Below are positions 1-9,399 of a DNA stretch of 64,000 nt, one piece after another; the first letter of the stretch is position 1; each line of letters starts with the position of its first letter. The notes beneath the pieces were generated by a model. It ran no database searches and was not told where the DNA came from. It worked only from the letters and a program-made list of their open reading frames with translations. The translations under genes and the position numbers were made by a program. The stretch spans positions 333,667-397,666 of the forward strand of contig JBJLIX010000001.1 of NCBI GenBank assembly GCA_045563675.1, in the 5' to 3' direction. The stretch comes from Gammaproteobacteria bacterium. GTDB taxonomy: Bacteria; Pseudomonadota; Gammaproteobacteria; Magnimaribacterales; Magnimaribacteraceae.

Positions 1-29
1 AAAGTTTCAACACCCTTAACCAAATTTAC

Positions 30-1223
30 CTACTCAGGAATAGATTCAAACAAACCTGTAGCTCCCATTCCTCCACCAACGCACATGGTAACTATTCCGT
101 ATTTTCCACCTCTTCTTCTAAGTTCTCTAGTCAAATGTCCTACTTGTCTAGATCCTGTCATACCAAAGGGGTGTCCTATTGCTATAGAACCGCCATTTAC
201 ATTTAACTTTTCAGTAGGTAATTTTAGCTGGTCCCTTATGTATACTACTTGAGAAGCAAAAGCTTCGTTAAGTTCCCAAAGATCTATGTCATCTACAGTT
301 AAATTAGCAGACTTTAATAATTTAGGTATTGAGTAAACAGGCCCTATTCCCATTTCGTCTGGTTGACATCCCACTACAGTGAAACCTCGAAAATAGGCTA
401 ATGGCTTAACACCGATTTCATTTGCCTTATCTTCACTCATAACCATAGTTACTGAAGCACCGTCTGATAATTGAGAAGAATTACCTGCAGTTACCGATCC
501 TTCCTCGGGGTCAAAAACAGGGTTAAGACTAGAAAGACCCTCTAGGGTAGTTTCCGGTCTGTTACAGTTATCTTTATCTACTATAGAATCAACTTCCTTT
601 TCAGCACCTGTTTCTTTGTTAACTAAAAGCATTTTAGTCTCCATAGTAACTATCTCATCATCAAATAAACCTTGGTCTTGAGCTTTTGCACACCTTTCTT
701 GACTAGATAATGCATATTCATCTTGTGACTCTCTGGTTACTCCATATCTTTTTGCTACAGTTTCTGCTGTGGTTCCCATGGCGTGATATATACCTGGAGC
801 TTCTTCGGCTAGTTTTTCATTTACGTACATATGCATATTACCTTTGCCCTGGGTTGTACTAATTGACTCTACACCACCTGCAATAATACAGTCTGCAAAA
901 CCACTCTGTACTTGAGTAGCTGCCATTGCGATTGTCTGAAGACCTGATGAACAGTATCTATTTACTGTAGTTCCACCCACTTCTATAGGTAATTTAGACA
1001 ATACAGCAACATTTCTTGCAATATTGTGACCTTGAGCACCTTCAGGGGCTCCGCAACCTAGAATCATATCCTCTACTTGCGAAGGATCTACCTCAGGATT
1101 TCTATCCATTAGTGCATCAACAATATGAGCTGTCATGTTATCTGCTCTTGTTTGGTTAAAACCGCCTCTAAAAGACTTTGCCAGTCCAGTTCTGACACTA
1201 TCTACTATTACTGCTTCAGCCAT
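30..1223 (-). CDS. acetyl-CoA C-acyl/acetyltransferase (thiolase)
   Basis: 397-aa ORF with thiolase signatures: nucleophile Cys in NRYCSSGLQ, and C-terminal GHPFGMTG and CVGGGMG motifs. Confidence 0.9.
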   Translation of the reverse strand: MAEAVIVDSVRTGLAKSFRGGFNQTRADNMTAHIVDALMDRNPEVDPSQVEDMILGCGAPEGAQGHNIARNVAVLSKLPIEVGGTTVNRYCSSGLQTIAMAATQVQSGFADCIIAGGVESISTTQGKGNMHMYVNEKLAEEAPGIYHAMGTTAETVAKRYGVTRESQDEYALSSQERCAKAQDQGLFDDEIVTMETKMLLVNKETGAEKEVDSIVDKDNCNRPETTLEGLSSLNPVFDPEEGSVTAGNSSQLSDGASVTMVMSEDKANEIGVKPLAYFRGFTVVGCQPDEMGIGPVYSIPKLLKSANLTVDDIDLWELNEAFASQVVYIRDQLKLPTEKLNVNGGSIAIGHPFGMTGSRQVGHLTRELRRRGGKYGIVTMCVGGGMGATGLFESIPE

Positions 1224-1308
1224 AATTACTCCTTAATAATTTAATTTATTTCTTTAGGGCGGATGATGTTAGGTTAGAGTAAGGTAATTGGCAAGAAAAT
1301 AAAATGGC

Positions 1309-1614
1309 TTATTTTGTATTTTCTTTCAAAGAGTCTTTAAACCAGTCCGGAACAATATCGATCTTATACTTATTAGCTAATTTGACTACAAAAGGAACTG
1401 TTATTAAGGAAAAAGGAAGGAGAGTAAGAAAACCAAACCCAATGTTTCTGAAAATATTTTTGAGCTCTTCATTAGCTACCCTAAGATCTTCTTCACTAAT
1501 CTTTCCTTGTTTATATAAATAGTAGGTCTTTAGCATTTCTCTAGTACCTTGAGTATCCTTTTGCAGAGTTACTTTAAGTAAAATTAGTACTTTTCTAATA
1601 TTTTTTCCCAACAT
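1309..1614 (-). CDS. hypothetical small membrane protein
   Basis: 101-aa ORF with a charged N-terminal half and one hydrophobic helix (FGFLTLLPFSLITVPFVV). A competing 72-aa ORF lies on the + strand. No family recognised with certainty (vague LETM1-like feel). Confidence 0.35.
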   Translation of the reverse strand: MLGKNIRKVLILLKVTLQKDTQGTREMLKTYYLYKQGKISEEDLRVANEELKNIFRNIGFGFLTLLPFSLITVPFVVKLANKYKIDIVPDWFKDSLKENTK

Positions 1615-1709
1615 GTGTTTAAAGAATTTTAGTTTCTTGTTTTTTATAAATATTCATTAGATACTAACAAACATCAAAGTATATTTACAAATACATAGGG
1701 GGTTAAAAA

Positions 1710-3965
1710 ATGAATAAATCTTTCCCAATATTTACTGTGGGTGCTATAGCAATAGTTGTACTTTATTATACTTTTTTAAACAATGAAGAACCCTCTAAAG
1801 AAAGTGCTCCTGAGCAAGAGATTCAGTCTTCTTTAAGCGCTTCCCCTACTATAGGACTTATAGATGATCAGAGGATCATTGCAGCAGAAAATGAGCCTGG
1901 TAATTGGTTGTCTCATGGAAGAACTTATGAAGAACAAAGGTTTTCACCCTTAAAGAAAATAAATAAAGATAGCATTAGTAAGCTTGGACTTACATGGTAC
2001 AAAGATATGGGAACTAATAGAGCTCTAGAAGCAACACCAATAGTAGTCGATGGAATTATGTTTTTTACCAGCACTTGGAGCAGAGTTTACGCAATAGAAG
2101 CTAAAACAGGAAAGACGATATGGAAGTTTGATCCTAAGGTTCCGGGTGAGTGGGCAAGAAAAGCTTGTTGCGACATAGTTAATAGAGGGGTTGCGGTTTA
2201 TGAAGGAAAAGTTTTCTTTGCTAGTTTAGATGGCAGATTATTTGCTCTTGAAGCTGAAACAGGTGAAAAGATATGGGAGGTAGACACTGTAATTGATAGG
2301 ACAAGAGCTTATACAATTACCGGAGCACCAAGAGTCGCTAAAGGTAAAGTTTATATAGGTAATGGAGGAGCAGAATATGGAGTAAGGGGGTATGTCACAG
2401 CTTACGAGACTAATACTGGTAATCAGGTTTGGAGATTTTTTACTGTACCCGGAGATCCGTCATTGGGGTTTGAAGATCCAGCCATGGAAATGGCCGCTAA
2501 AACTTGGAAGGGAAGTAATTGGTGGGAATTTGGCGGAGGAGGAACAGTCTGGAACTCAATTGTCTATGATCCAGATTTTAACACCGTTTATTTAGGTGTA
2601 GGTAATGGTTCTCCCTGGACAAGAGAAATTAGATCACCTGGCGGAGGAGATAACTTATTTCTTGCTTCCATAGTTGCCGTTGATGCCGATACTGGAAAGT
2701 ACAAATGGCACTACCAAACAACTCCTGAAGATAATTGGGATTACACGGCTGTTCAAGATATTGCTCTGGCAGATATGGAAATAGACGGTGAAAAGAAAAA
2801 AGTATTACTACAAGCACCAAAAAATGGTTTTTTCTACGTAATAGACCGAAAAGTTAGTCATGAGACTGGAAAAGCAAAACTACTTAGAGCACATCCTTTT
2901 GCTGCGGTTACTTGGGCGACGCATGTAGACCTAGAAACAGGAAGACCTGTTGAAAATCCCGAAGTCAATTATTCTGGTAATGGATCATTTGTTCTTCCAG
3001 GACCTTTAGGAGCTCATAATTGGCAAGCAATGTCAGTGGACCTAGATTCTGGTCTTGTTTACATACCTACTCAAGAAAATGCTTTCTTTTATGCAATTGA
3101 TGAAAATTATAAGAAAACAGGTATATATAAAAGGAATCCTGGTAGATGGAATATGGGCATTGAAATGAGCTCTTTGGCCCAAAATGTACTTACAAATCTA
3201 GAATCAATGCCTGAACCAGGAGGTTTTCTTAAGGCTTTTAATCCTTTAACTGGAGAAACTAAATGGTCTGTACCTATTCCTCATTACTGGAATGGTGGAG
3301 TTCTTGGAACTGCTGGAGGCCTTGTTTTTCAGGGAGATGCTCTAGGTATGTTCTCTGCTTATGATAAAGAGACAGGCGATCGCTTATGGGAATTTAATAC
3401 TTATACTTCGATGCTTGCGCCCCCTATTTCTTTTGAAATAGACGGGGAACAGTATGTTTCAATCTTAACAGGCTCTGGAGGAGGAGATTTATTTGGAGGA
3501 GAACCTCTACCTCCGATAGAAATACAGGCTTCTCTGACCTACAATAATTTTGGAAGGTTATTAGTTTTTAAGCTTGGTGGTGAAGAGAAACTACCTATAC
3601 CTGATGTAAGAGATACAACCATTCCAGAACAGGACTTAGCCGAAGTAAGTGTAGCTCAAATTCGAAATGGGGAGAGTAATTACAATCAGTTTTGCGCTGT
3701 TTGTCATGGCTTCGTAGTCAAATCTGCAGGTGGCTTACCAGATTTAAGAAAAATGACCCCTGGAACACATGATCTATTTAACAAGATAGTTCTTGAAGGT
3801 ATTTTAGGCAGTAATGGTATGGCTGGTTTTGCAGATGTATTGTCTGAAGAAGAAGTTAATAACATCCATCATTATGTAAAAGCTAGAGCTCATGAAGATA
3901 GAGAAGTTGCCTTAGGCAATATGGAGGCACCACAATTTACCTGGTTCGGAGACGAAGAAGAATAA
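1710..3965 (+). CDS. PQQ-dependent quinohemoprotein alcohol dehydrogenase
   Basis: 751 aa with an N-terminal hydrophobic signal/anchor. It has the vicinal-Cys pair ARKACCDIVNRG, the catalytic region NWDYTAV and propeller W-repeats. The C-terminal cytochrome c domain carries CAVCH and a distal Met (NGMAGF). AGGGGG Shine-Dalgarno (SD) sequence precedes the ATG. Confidence 0.9.
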   Translation: MNKSFPIFTVGAIAIVVLYYTFLNNEEPSKESAPEQEIQSSLSASPTIGLIDDQRIIAAENEPGNWLSHGRTYEEQRFSPLKKINKDSISKLGLTWYKDMGTNRALEATPIVVDGIMFFTSTWSRVYAIEAKTGKTIWKFDPKVPGEWARKACCDIVNRGVAVYEGKVFFASLDGRLFALEAETGEKIWEVDTVIDRTRAYTITGAPRVAKGKVYIGNGGAEYGVRGYVTAYETNTGNQVWRFFTVPGDPSLGFEDPAMEMAAKTWKGSNWWEFGGGGTVWNSIVYDPDFNTVYLGVGNGSPWTREIRSPGGGDNLFLASIVAVDADTGKYKWHYQTTPEDNWDYTAVQDIALADMEIDGEKKKVLLQAPKNGFFYVIDRKVSHETGKAKLLRAHPFAAVTWATHVDLETGRPVENPEVNYSGNGSFVLPGPLGAHNWQAMSVDLDSGLVYIPTQENAFFYAIDENYKKTGIYKRNPGRWNMGIEMSSLAQNVLTNLESMPEPGGFLKAFNPLTGETKWSVPIPHYWNGGVLGTAGGLVFQGDALGMFSAYDKETGDRLWEFNTYTSMLAPPISFEIDGEQYVSILTGSGGGDLFGGEPLPPIEIQASLTYNNFGRLLVFKLGGEEKLPIPDVRDTTIPEQDLAEVSVAQIRNGESNYNQFCAVCHGFVVKSAGGLPDLRKMTPGTHDLFNKIVLEGILGSNGMAGFADVLSEEEVNNIHHYVKARAHEDREVALGNMEAPQFTWFGDEEE

Positions 3966-3976
3966 GTTACCAATTT

Positions 3977-4531
3977 TCAAATTTTAGCTTTGGGAGGTAG
4001 GCTTGGGGGAGCTACTTCCTTAAATTCAAAAGAAGGATTTCCTTCCTCTGAATTGCCAGAACCTGAGTCTTCATATGGATTAGCACTTTCATCGAGACTA
4101 TTAGCATCTAAAACTCCGTAAGTCTTCTTGCCATTTAGTTGAGTTCCATCTTGAAGTTGCAACAAAGCCTCCTGAGCTAATTTATGATTCTCTTTACTCC
4201 ATAACAAGGTGTAAGCTTTTGGCTTTCCATAAGGCATCCCCACTTCATCGATATACTTTAGCCAGAAATAAATATTTCCTTCTTTTTTATTAAATTTATC
4301 AGGTTCATCTATAGTTACCCATAAGAGTCTAAACTCATCAGGAATCTCTTCTGTGGAAGGCCACCCCATTACATCTTTATAACCCAGCCAAGTGGTAAGG
4401 TAGAAAGTAGACATTATTAGAACGGCGATTGTCTTTAATTTATTAGAGAAATTAGAATAAAGACAAAAGACAAGGAGCAATGCCGTTACAGCTACATAAG
4501 ATAATATTAATAAAATTCTTTCTTCAATCAC
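3977..4531 (-). CDS. hypothetical membrane protein (third gene of MotA/ExbB-like module)
   Basis: 184 aa with a GTG start overlapping the upstream stop by 8 nt. Two N-terminal TM helices are followed by a soluble domain and an acidic, Ser/Gly/Pro-rich tail. No family recognised. Confidence 0.6.
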   Translation of the reverse strand: MIEERILLILSYVAVTALLLVFCLYSNFSNKLKTIAVLIMSTFYLTTWLGYKDVMGWPSTEEIPDEFRLLWVTIDEPDKFNKKEGNIYFWLKYIDEVGMPYGKPKAYTLLWSKENHKLAQEALLQLQDGTQLNGKKTYGVLDANSLDESANPYEDSGSGNSEEGNPSFEFKEVAPPSLPPKAKI

Positions 4532-5162
4532 TTTTATTTTCTATTAGGGAATTTCTACCCAAAGCCTTAGTCAGTAATCTCTTAGGAATCTGATTTACAT
4601 TAGAAATACTTTTTTTTGAATCTACTGAAAACCTTACAGCTGTCTTTTCATCTCCAACTCCCCTCAATTCATGACTTCCGTAATATATTAGCTCTACCTC
4701 TGGGTTTAACTTTTCAACCTTAACATCTACTTTTAAAGGCTCATCATAGTTGGCTTGGTAATGAAGCAGATTAACAACATACTCACCTGACAAGAGGGCT
4801 CTGATTGTAACTGTTTCTTGGTTGATGGGATTAGAGATCATAGCTCCGTCAACATTCATCTTATCTGCAAACAAGCCTCTATCATCTCTATCTAGGTGCA
4901 TCAGTCCAGTGTCTCTATTGTGATACCAGACCAGGCCGCCTTTTGGACTTTCAACTATAGCATCAACATCGTCTGGATGTTGATCAGGCCATCTAACTGT
5001 AATCAAGATCTCTGCTTTGGAATCAATTTTTCCACCTTCAGCAGGATCAGAAATCAACATAAATGCTACAGCAAACATAAATGCAAATCCTAGAAGAGAA
5101 TTAAAAAGCAAATCAGTGAATGCATCCTGTCCTTCTCCTTTATTGAGGATTCTGTGTTTCAT
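4524..5162 (-). CDS. hypothetical single-pass membrane protein with beta-rich ectodomain
   Basis: 212 aa with AAGGGA SD before the ATG. One TM helix (LLFNSLLGFAFMFAVAFMLI) sits where ExbD/TolR would be expected, but the soluble part does not look like ExbD/TolR/MotB. Confidence 0.65.
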   Translation of the reverse strand: MKHRILNKGEGQDAFTDLLFNSLLGFAFMFAVAFMLISDPAEGGKIDSKAEILITVRWPDQHPDDVDAIVESPKGGLVWYHNRDTGLMHLDRDDRGLFADKMNVDGAMISNPINQETVTIRALLSGEYVVNLLHYQANYDEPLKVDVKVEKLNPEVELIYYGSHELRGVGDEKTAVRFSVDSKKSISNVNQIPKRLLTKALGRNSLIENKSD

Positions 5163-5171
5163 ATAAATCCC

Positions 5172-5795
5172 TTATTCCTGATCTTGAGAAGTTAGATTAT
5201 TAACTAATTTACTAACACAAGAATCCAGCAAGAAGTATTGGAACTTTAGAATTGTGCTGGTTATTAAGCCTGAAAGAGTTGTATATAAAGCAACCGCCAT
5301 TCCTCCACTCATAGATGAAAGTAAAGGTTGAATCTTCTCAGGATCAAAATCTTTCATTTCTCCAATTGGTAAAAGCATGAGAATAAACCCGACAACTGTG
5401 CCAGTTAAACCAAGTTTTAAAAGGACATCTGAAGCCATATGACCAAGTGCATGTCTATTTGATAGCTCGTCTTCTAGAATTCTTAAAAGACTTTGGTTTT
5501 CTAAAGAAGAGTTAGATTCTGCTTTTTGCAGGAAAAGAGAGACCTTGCCTTCACCTTTCAACTCAGAGTCTAGTTTTTTTGCTATGTAGATCCAATGAAG
5601 AGTTGCAGTTAAATAAATTCCTATAATTAGAATAGATATTTTGCTTCTATCCGACTCAAAAATAAGATTTAAAAGGTTAAGATCATAAAGTATATAAAAG
5701 GCAAAAATTATTATTGCCAATAAAATAACAACTCTTTGGAATAGGTATTGGGGCATAGTTGTGCTTATCACCTCAATTTTGTTATCTAAAGTCAA
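5172..5795 (-). CDS. MotA/TolQ/ExbB proton-channel family protein
   Basis: 207 aa. The C-terminal region LGLTGTVVGFILML...GGMAVALYTTLSGLITS matches the MotA_ExbB channel signature. The track start is TTG; an alternative ATG lies at 5756. Confidence 0.75.
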   Translation of the reverse strand: MTLDNKIEVISTTMPQYLFQRVVILLAIIIFAFYILYDLNLLNLIFESDRSKISILIIGIYLTATLHWIYIAKKLDSELKGEGKVSLFLQKAESNSSLENQSLLRILEDELSNRHALGHMASDVLLKLGLTGTVVGFILMLLPIGEMKDFDPEKIQPLLSSMSGGMAVALYTTLSGLITSTILKFQYFLLDSCVSKLVNNLTSQDQE

Positions 5796-5852
5796 TCATT
5801 TATTTATTTCTCTATCTTGTAGAATAACTAATTATTATTAACAGTTCTATAA

Positions 5853-6506
5853 ATGAATAGGTCAGAAAGAGTAAGGTTCATATCAAAGTCCTTAAATAAA
5901 CTATATCCTAATCCCCCTATTCCATTAAACCACAATTCTATTTTTACTCTTTTGATTGCAGTGATCCTTTCTGCTCAATGTACTGATATAAGGGTAAACC
6001 AGGTTACCCCTCTGTTATTTAAAAAGGCCAATAATCCAAAAAAAATGGTTCAACTAGGAATCAAGGAAATAAAAAAGATCATTAGGCCCTGTGGATTATC
6101 TCCTCAAAAATCTAAGGCCTTGTTTGAACTTTCTAAAATTCTCATTAATGAATTTAGAGGAAAAGTACCAAACTCTTTCGAAGCTTTAGAAGCTCTTCCT
6201 GGAGTGGGGCATAAAACTGCTTCAGTTGTAATGAGTCAAGGCTTTGGTCACGATGCTTTTCCTGTTGATACACATGTACATAGGTTGGCACAAAGGTGGA
6301 GACTAACTAGTGGTAAAAATGTTAAACAAACTGAAAAGGATTTAAAAAGGCTTTTTCCAGTTGCTGAATGGAATAGATTACATATTCAAATAATAATGTA
6401 TGGAAGAGAATTTTGTACTGCCAGAGGATGTAATGGCAGTTCTTGTAATATTTGTTCAGAAGTAAATAAAGGCAAAAAACTTCCAATTAAAATAAAAAAA
6501 CCTTGA
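5853..6506 (+). CDS. nth: endonuclease III (DNA glycosylase/AP lyase)
   Basis: 217 aa with the HhH-GPD region LPGVGHKTASVV...PVDTHVHR and a C-terminal four-Cys cluster CTARGCNGSSCNIC. Confidence 0.9.
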   Translation: MNRSERVRFISKSLNKLYPNPPIPLNHNSIFTLLIAVILSAQCTDIRVNQVTPLLFKKANNPKKMVQLGIKEIKKIIRPCGLSPQKSKALFELSKILINEFRGKVPNSFEALEALPGVGHKTASVVMSQGFGHDAFPVDTHVHRLAQRWRLTSGKNVKQTEKDLKRLFPVAEWNRLHIQIIMYGREFCTARGCNGSSCNICSEVNKGKKLPIKIKKP

Positions 6507-6566
6507 ATTTAAGACTGAGTTATCACTTTAGGTTGTTATAATTTGGGTCTTAAACCCTTAATAATT

Positions 6567-7829
6567 ATGATATCGGATAGTAAATCAATAAAGGATTATG
6601 ACCCAGAATTGTGGAGGAGTATTGAACAAGAGTCTAAGAGACAAGAAGACCACATAGAGCTAATTGCTTCTGAAAATTATACTTCTCCAAGAGTCCTGGA
6701 AGCTCAGGGTTCAGTGTTAACTAATAAATATGCAGAGGGTTACCCTCGAAAGAGATACTACGGGGGTTGTGAATATGTTGATATAGCAGAAGAGCTTGCT
6801 ATAGAAAGAGCAAAGGAATTATTTAAAGCTGATTACGTTAATGTTCAACCCCACTCAGGATCTAGTGCAAACGCAGCAGTCTTCTTAGCTCTTTGTAACC
6901 CAGGTGATGTAATCCTAGGAATGAGTTTAGATCATGGAGGTCATCTCACTCATGGAGCCAAAGCAAATTTTTCTGGTAAAAACTTTGAAGCGTATCAATA
7001 TGGTCTTGATTCAGAGACTGGAGAGGTAGATTATGACCAAGTTAGCTCCCTAGCAAAAGAACATAAACCAAAATTAATCGTAGCTGGATTCTCTGCTTAT
7101 TCTGGGATTGTTGATTGGAAAAGATTTAGAGAAATAGCAGATGATGTTGGTTCATATCTCTTAGTAGATATGGCTCATGTAGCAGGACTAGTTGCTACTG
7201 ACTGCTATCCCAACCCTGTACCTCACGCAGATGTTGTTACTACCACTACCCATAAAACACTTAGAGGCCCTAGAGGCGGATTGATACTCGCAAGGGAAAA
7301 TGAAGATATCTCAAAAAAATTAAACTCGGCTGTTTTCCCTGGTTCACAAGGGGGACCTTTGATGCACGTCATTGCTGCTAAAGCTATGTGCTTCAAAGAG
7401 GCCTTAGAGCCGGATTTCAAAGATTATCAAATTCAAGTTAAAAATAATGCGAAAATGATGTGTGAAACGTTTATGAAAAGAGGAGTTGATATAGTTTCTA
7501 GAGGCACAGAAAACCATATGTTTCTTGTAGATTTAATTAATAAAGGAATTACTGGAAAAGACGCTGATGCAGCAATAGGAAGATCTAATATAACTGTCAA
7601 TAAGAATGCTGTGCCCAATGACCCTCAATCTCCTTTTGTTACTAGTGGTTTAAGGATAGGCACACCAGCTATTACTACTAGGGGTTTTAAAGAAGAAGAG
7701 GCAGAATTAGTTGCTAACTGGATTTCAGACATACTCGAAGATTTGCAAAATGAAAGAGTCGTTAATAAAGTTAAATCAGAAGTTAAAAATATCTGTGAGA
7801 ATTTTCCTGTATATTCGTTTAAAGATTAA
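6567..7829 (+). CDS. glyA: serine hydroxymethyltransferase
   Basis: Near-collinear with E. coli GlyA ([46 protein letters not shown]). ATG at 6567 aligns with the E. coli N-terminus; the track's TTG at 6543 is probably upstream of the real start. Confidence 0.95.
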   Translation: MISDSKSIKDYDPELWRSIEQESKRQEDHIELIASENYTSPRVLEAQGSVLTNKYAEGYPRKRYYGGCEYVDIAEELAIERAKELFKADYVNVQPHSGSSANAAVFLALCNPGDVILGMSLDHGGHLTHGAKANFSGKNFEAYQYGLDSETGEVDYDQVSSLAKEHKPKLIVAGFSAYSGIVDWKRFREIADDVGSYLLVDMAHVAGLVATDCYPNPVPHADVVTTTTHKTLRGPRGGLILARENEDISKKLNSAVFPGSQGGPLMHVIAAKAMCFKEALEPDFKDYQIQVKNNAKMMCETFMKRGVDIVSRGTENHMFLVDLINKGITGKDADAAIGRSNITVNKNAVPNDPQSPFVTSGLRIGTPAITTRGFKEEEAELVANWISDILEDLQNERVVNKVKSEVKNICENFPVYSFKD

Positions 7830-7831
7830 AT

Positions 7832-8287
7832 ATGCATTGCCCTTTTTGTAATAACAACGATACGAGAGTAATAGACTCTCGATTAATTGCTGAAGGCTCT
7901 CAAACCAGAAGGAGAAGGGAGTGCCCTTCTTGCGGAGAGAGATTTACAACTTTTGAGTCTGCAGAGTTATTAATGCCTAAAGTAATAAAATCTAGAGACA
8001 ACATGAGAGAGCCATTCAATGAAGAGAAATTAAAGGAAGGCTTGTTTAGAGCTCTAGAAAAAAGACCAGTTGGTGAAGAAGAAGTAGAAACTTTAATAGA
8101 AGATATAAAAAAGGACATACGGTCTTCTGGTGAGAGAGAAGTTAGATCTAGATTGATAGGCGAAGTCATAATGAAGCACCTAAGACAGATTGATGAAGTT
8201 GCATTTATTAGATTTGCATCTGTTTACAGAAGATTTGAAGATATTACTGAGTTCAGTGAAGAAGTAGAAAAACTAGCTAAAGATTAG
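7832..8287 (+). CDS. nrdR: transcriptional repressor NrdR
   Basis: 151 aa with the zinc ribbon MHCPFC...[12 protein letters not shown] followed by an ATP-cone. Confidence 0.95.
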   Translation: MHCPFCNNNDTRVIDSRLIAEGSQTRRRRECPSCGERFTTFESAELLMPKVIKSRDNMREPFNEEKLKEGLFRALEKRPVGEEEVETLIEDIKKDIRSSGEREVRSRLIGEVIMKHLRQIDEVAFIRFASVYRRFEDITEFSEEVEKLAKD

Positions 8288-9396
8288 TGAGTGACATTCA
8301 TGAAAAGTACATGCAACGTGCTTTAATAGTTGCTGAGAATGCTAAATATATTTGTTCTCCTAACCCTATGGTTGGAGCAGTAATAGTAAAAAATAAAAAG
8401 ATAATTGGAGAAGGCTTTACTCATCAGCCAGGTAAAGATCATGCTGAAATTGATGCAATAAAGAATGTTAAATCAAAATTTAAAGAGAAGTCCTGCTCAC
8501 AATTAAAGGGTAGTTCACTTTATGTAACCCTTGAACCATGTAGTAAAGAAGGAAAAACCCCTCCTTGCACCAAGGAAATTATTAGGTCTGGAATTAGTAA
8601 AGTATTTATTGCATCTAAGGACCCATCGCAATCTGGATTAAAAAAACTGATAAAGGCTGGAATAAAAGTAGAAACGGGAATATGCGAAAAAGAAGGCAGT
8701 GAACAAAATAGAGGTTTTTTCTCTAGGATAAATCGTTCTCGCCCGTTCATAATATGTAAAATTGCTTGTTCTGTTGATGGCGGTATAGGAACAATAAAAG
8801 GTAAAGATAAATGGATAACTTCAAAAGAATCACGAAAAGACGTGCATTATCTAAGAGCACAATCAGATGCTATCTTAACTGGTATCGGAACTATAATTGC
8901 TGATAACCCTCAGTTAAATGTAAGAGTTAAAGAGTTACAAGATCTAAAAGTAAATTTAGACCCAAGAAGGTACGTTCTGGATAGTAATTTAAGATTAAGC
9001 GGAAATGAAGTTTTATTAAAAGATGGCGGTCAAACTACTGTCTTCTGCAAGCAAGGAAAAAAAATAAAAAATCTGAGTCCTTCTGTAAGTATTGTTGAGA
9101 TTCCGGGTAATTCAAAAAGAGTGCCCATAAAAAATGTTTTAAGTTTTTTAAATAAAGAAAACTGTAATAATTTAATGGTAGAAGCCGGTAAAGAAATTAA
9201 TTCTAGCTTTATCAATTCTAAGCTAATTGATGAATTTATTTTTTATATAGCGCCAAAGATTTTTGGTAAAGACAAAATAAATTTTTCTGATTTTGATTGT
9301 TCTTTTTCAAACATAGGTACAATTCAACTTCAAATAAATAACATAGAGGAAATAGGGAAGGACTTTAAAGTAACTGCTACTCCTATCTATAAATAA
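8287..9396 (+). CDS. ribD: bifunctional riboflavin biosynthesis deaminase/reductase RibD
   Basis: 369 aa with deaminase motifs HAEIDA and TLEPC...PPC, then a reductase domain. The GTG start overlaps the nrdR stop; an alternative in-frame ATG lies at 8311. Confidence 0.9.
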   Translation: MSDIHEKYMQRALIVAENAKYICSPNPMVGAVIVKNKKIIGEGFTHQPGKDHAEIDAIKNVKSKFKEKSCSQLKGSSLYVTLEPCSKEGKTPPCTKEIIRSGISKVFIASKDPSQSGLKKLIKAGIKVETGICEKEGSEQNRGFFSRINRSRPFIICKIACSVDGGIGTIKGKDKWITSKESRKDVHYLRAQSDAILTGIGTIIADNPQLNVRVKELQDLKVNLDPRRYVLDSNLRLSGNEVLLKDGGQTTVFCKQGKKIKNLSPSVSIVEIPGNSKRVPIKNVLSFLNKENCNNLMVEAGKEINSSFINSKLIDEFIFYIAPKIFGKDKINFSDFDCSFSNIGTIQLQINNIEEIGKDFKVTATPIYK

Positions 9397-9399
9397 ATC

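Noticed and set aside
1304-1522. 72-aa + strand ORF overlapping the 101-aa minus-strand ORF.
   Set aside because: It is shorter than the opposite-strand ORF, has no SD and no recognisable features. The minus-strand ORF is itself only weakly supported.
3977-5795. Possibility that the MotA-like module is a Zorya-type antiphage system.
   Set aside because: As I recall, ZorA is several-fold larger with a long C-terminal tail, and ZorB carries a PG-binding domain. Neither feature is present, there are no nuclease or helicase effector genes nearby, and the context is core housekeeping genes.
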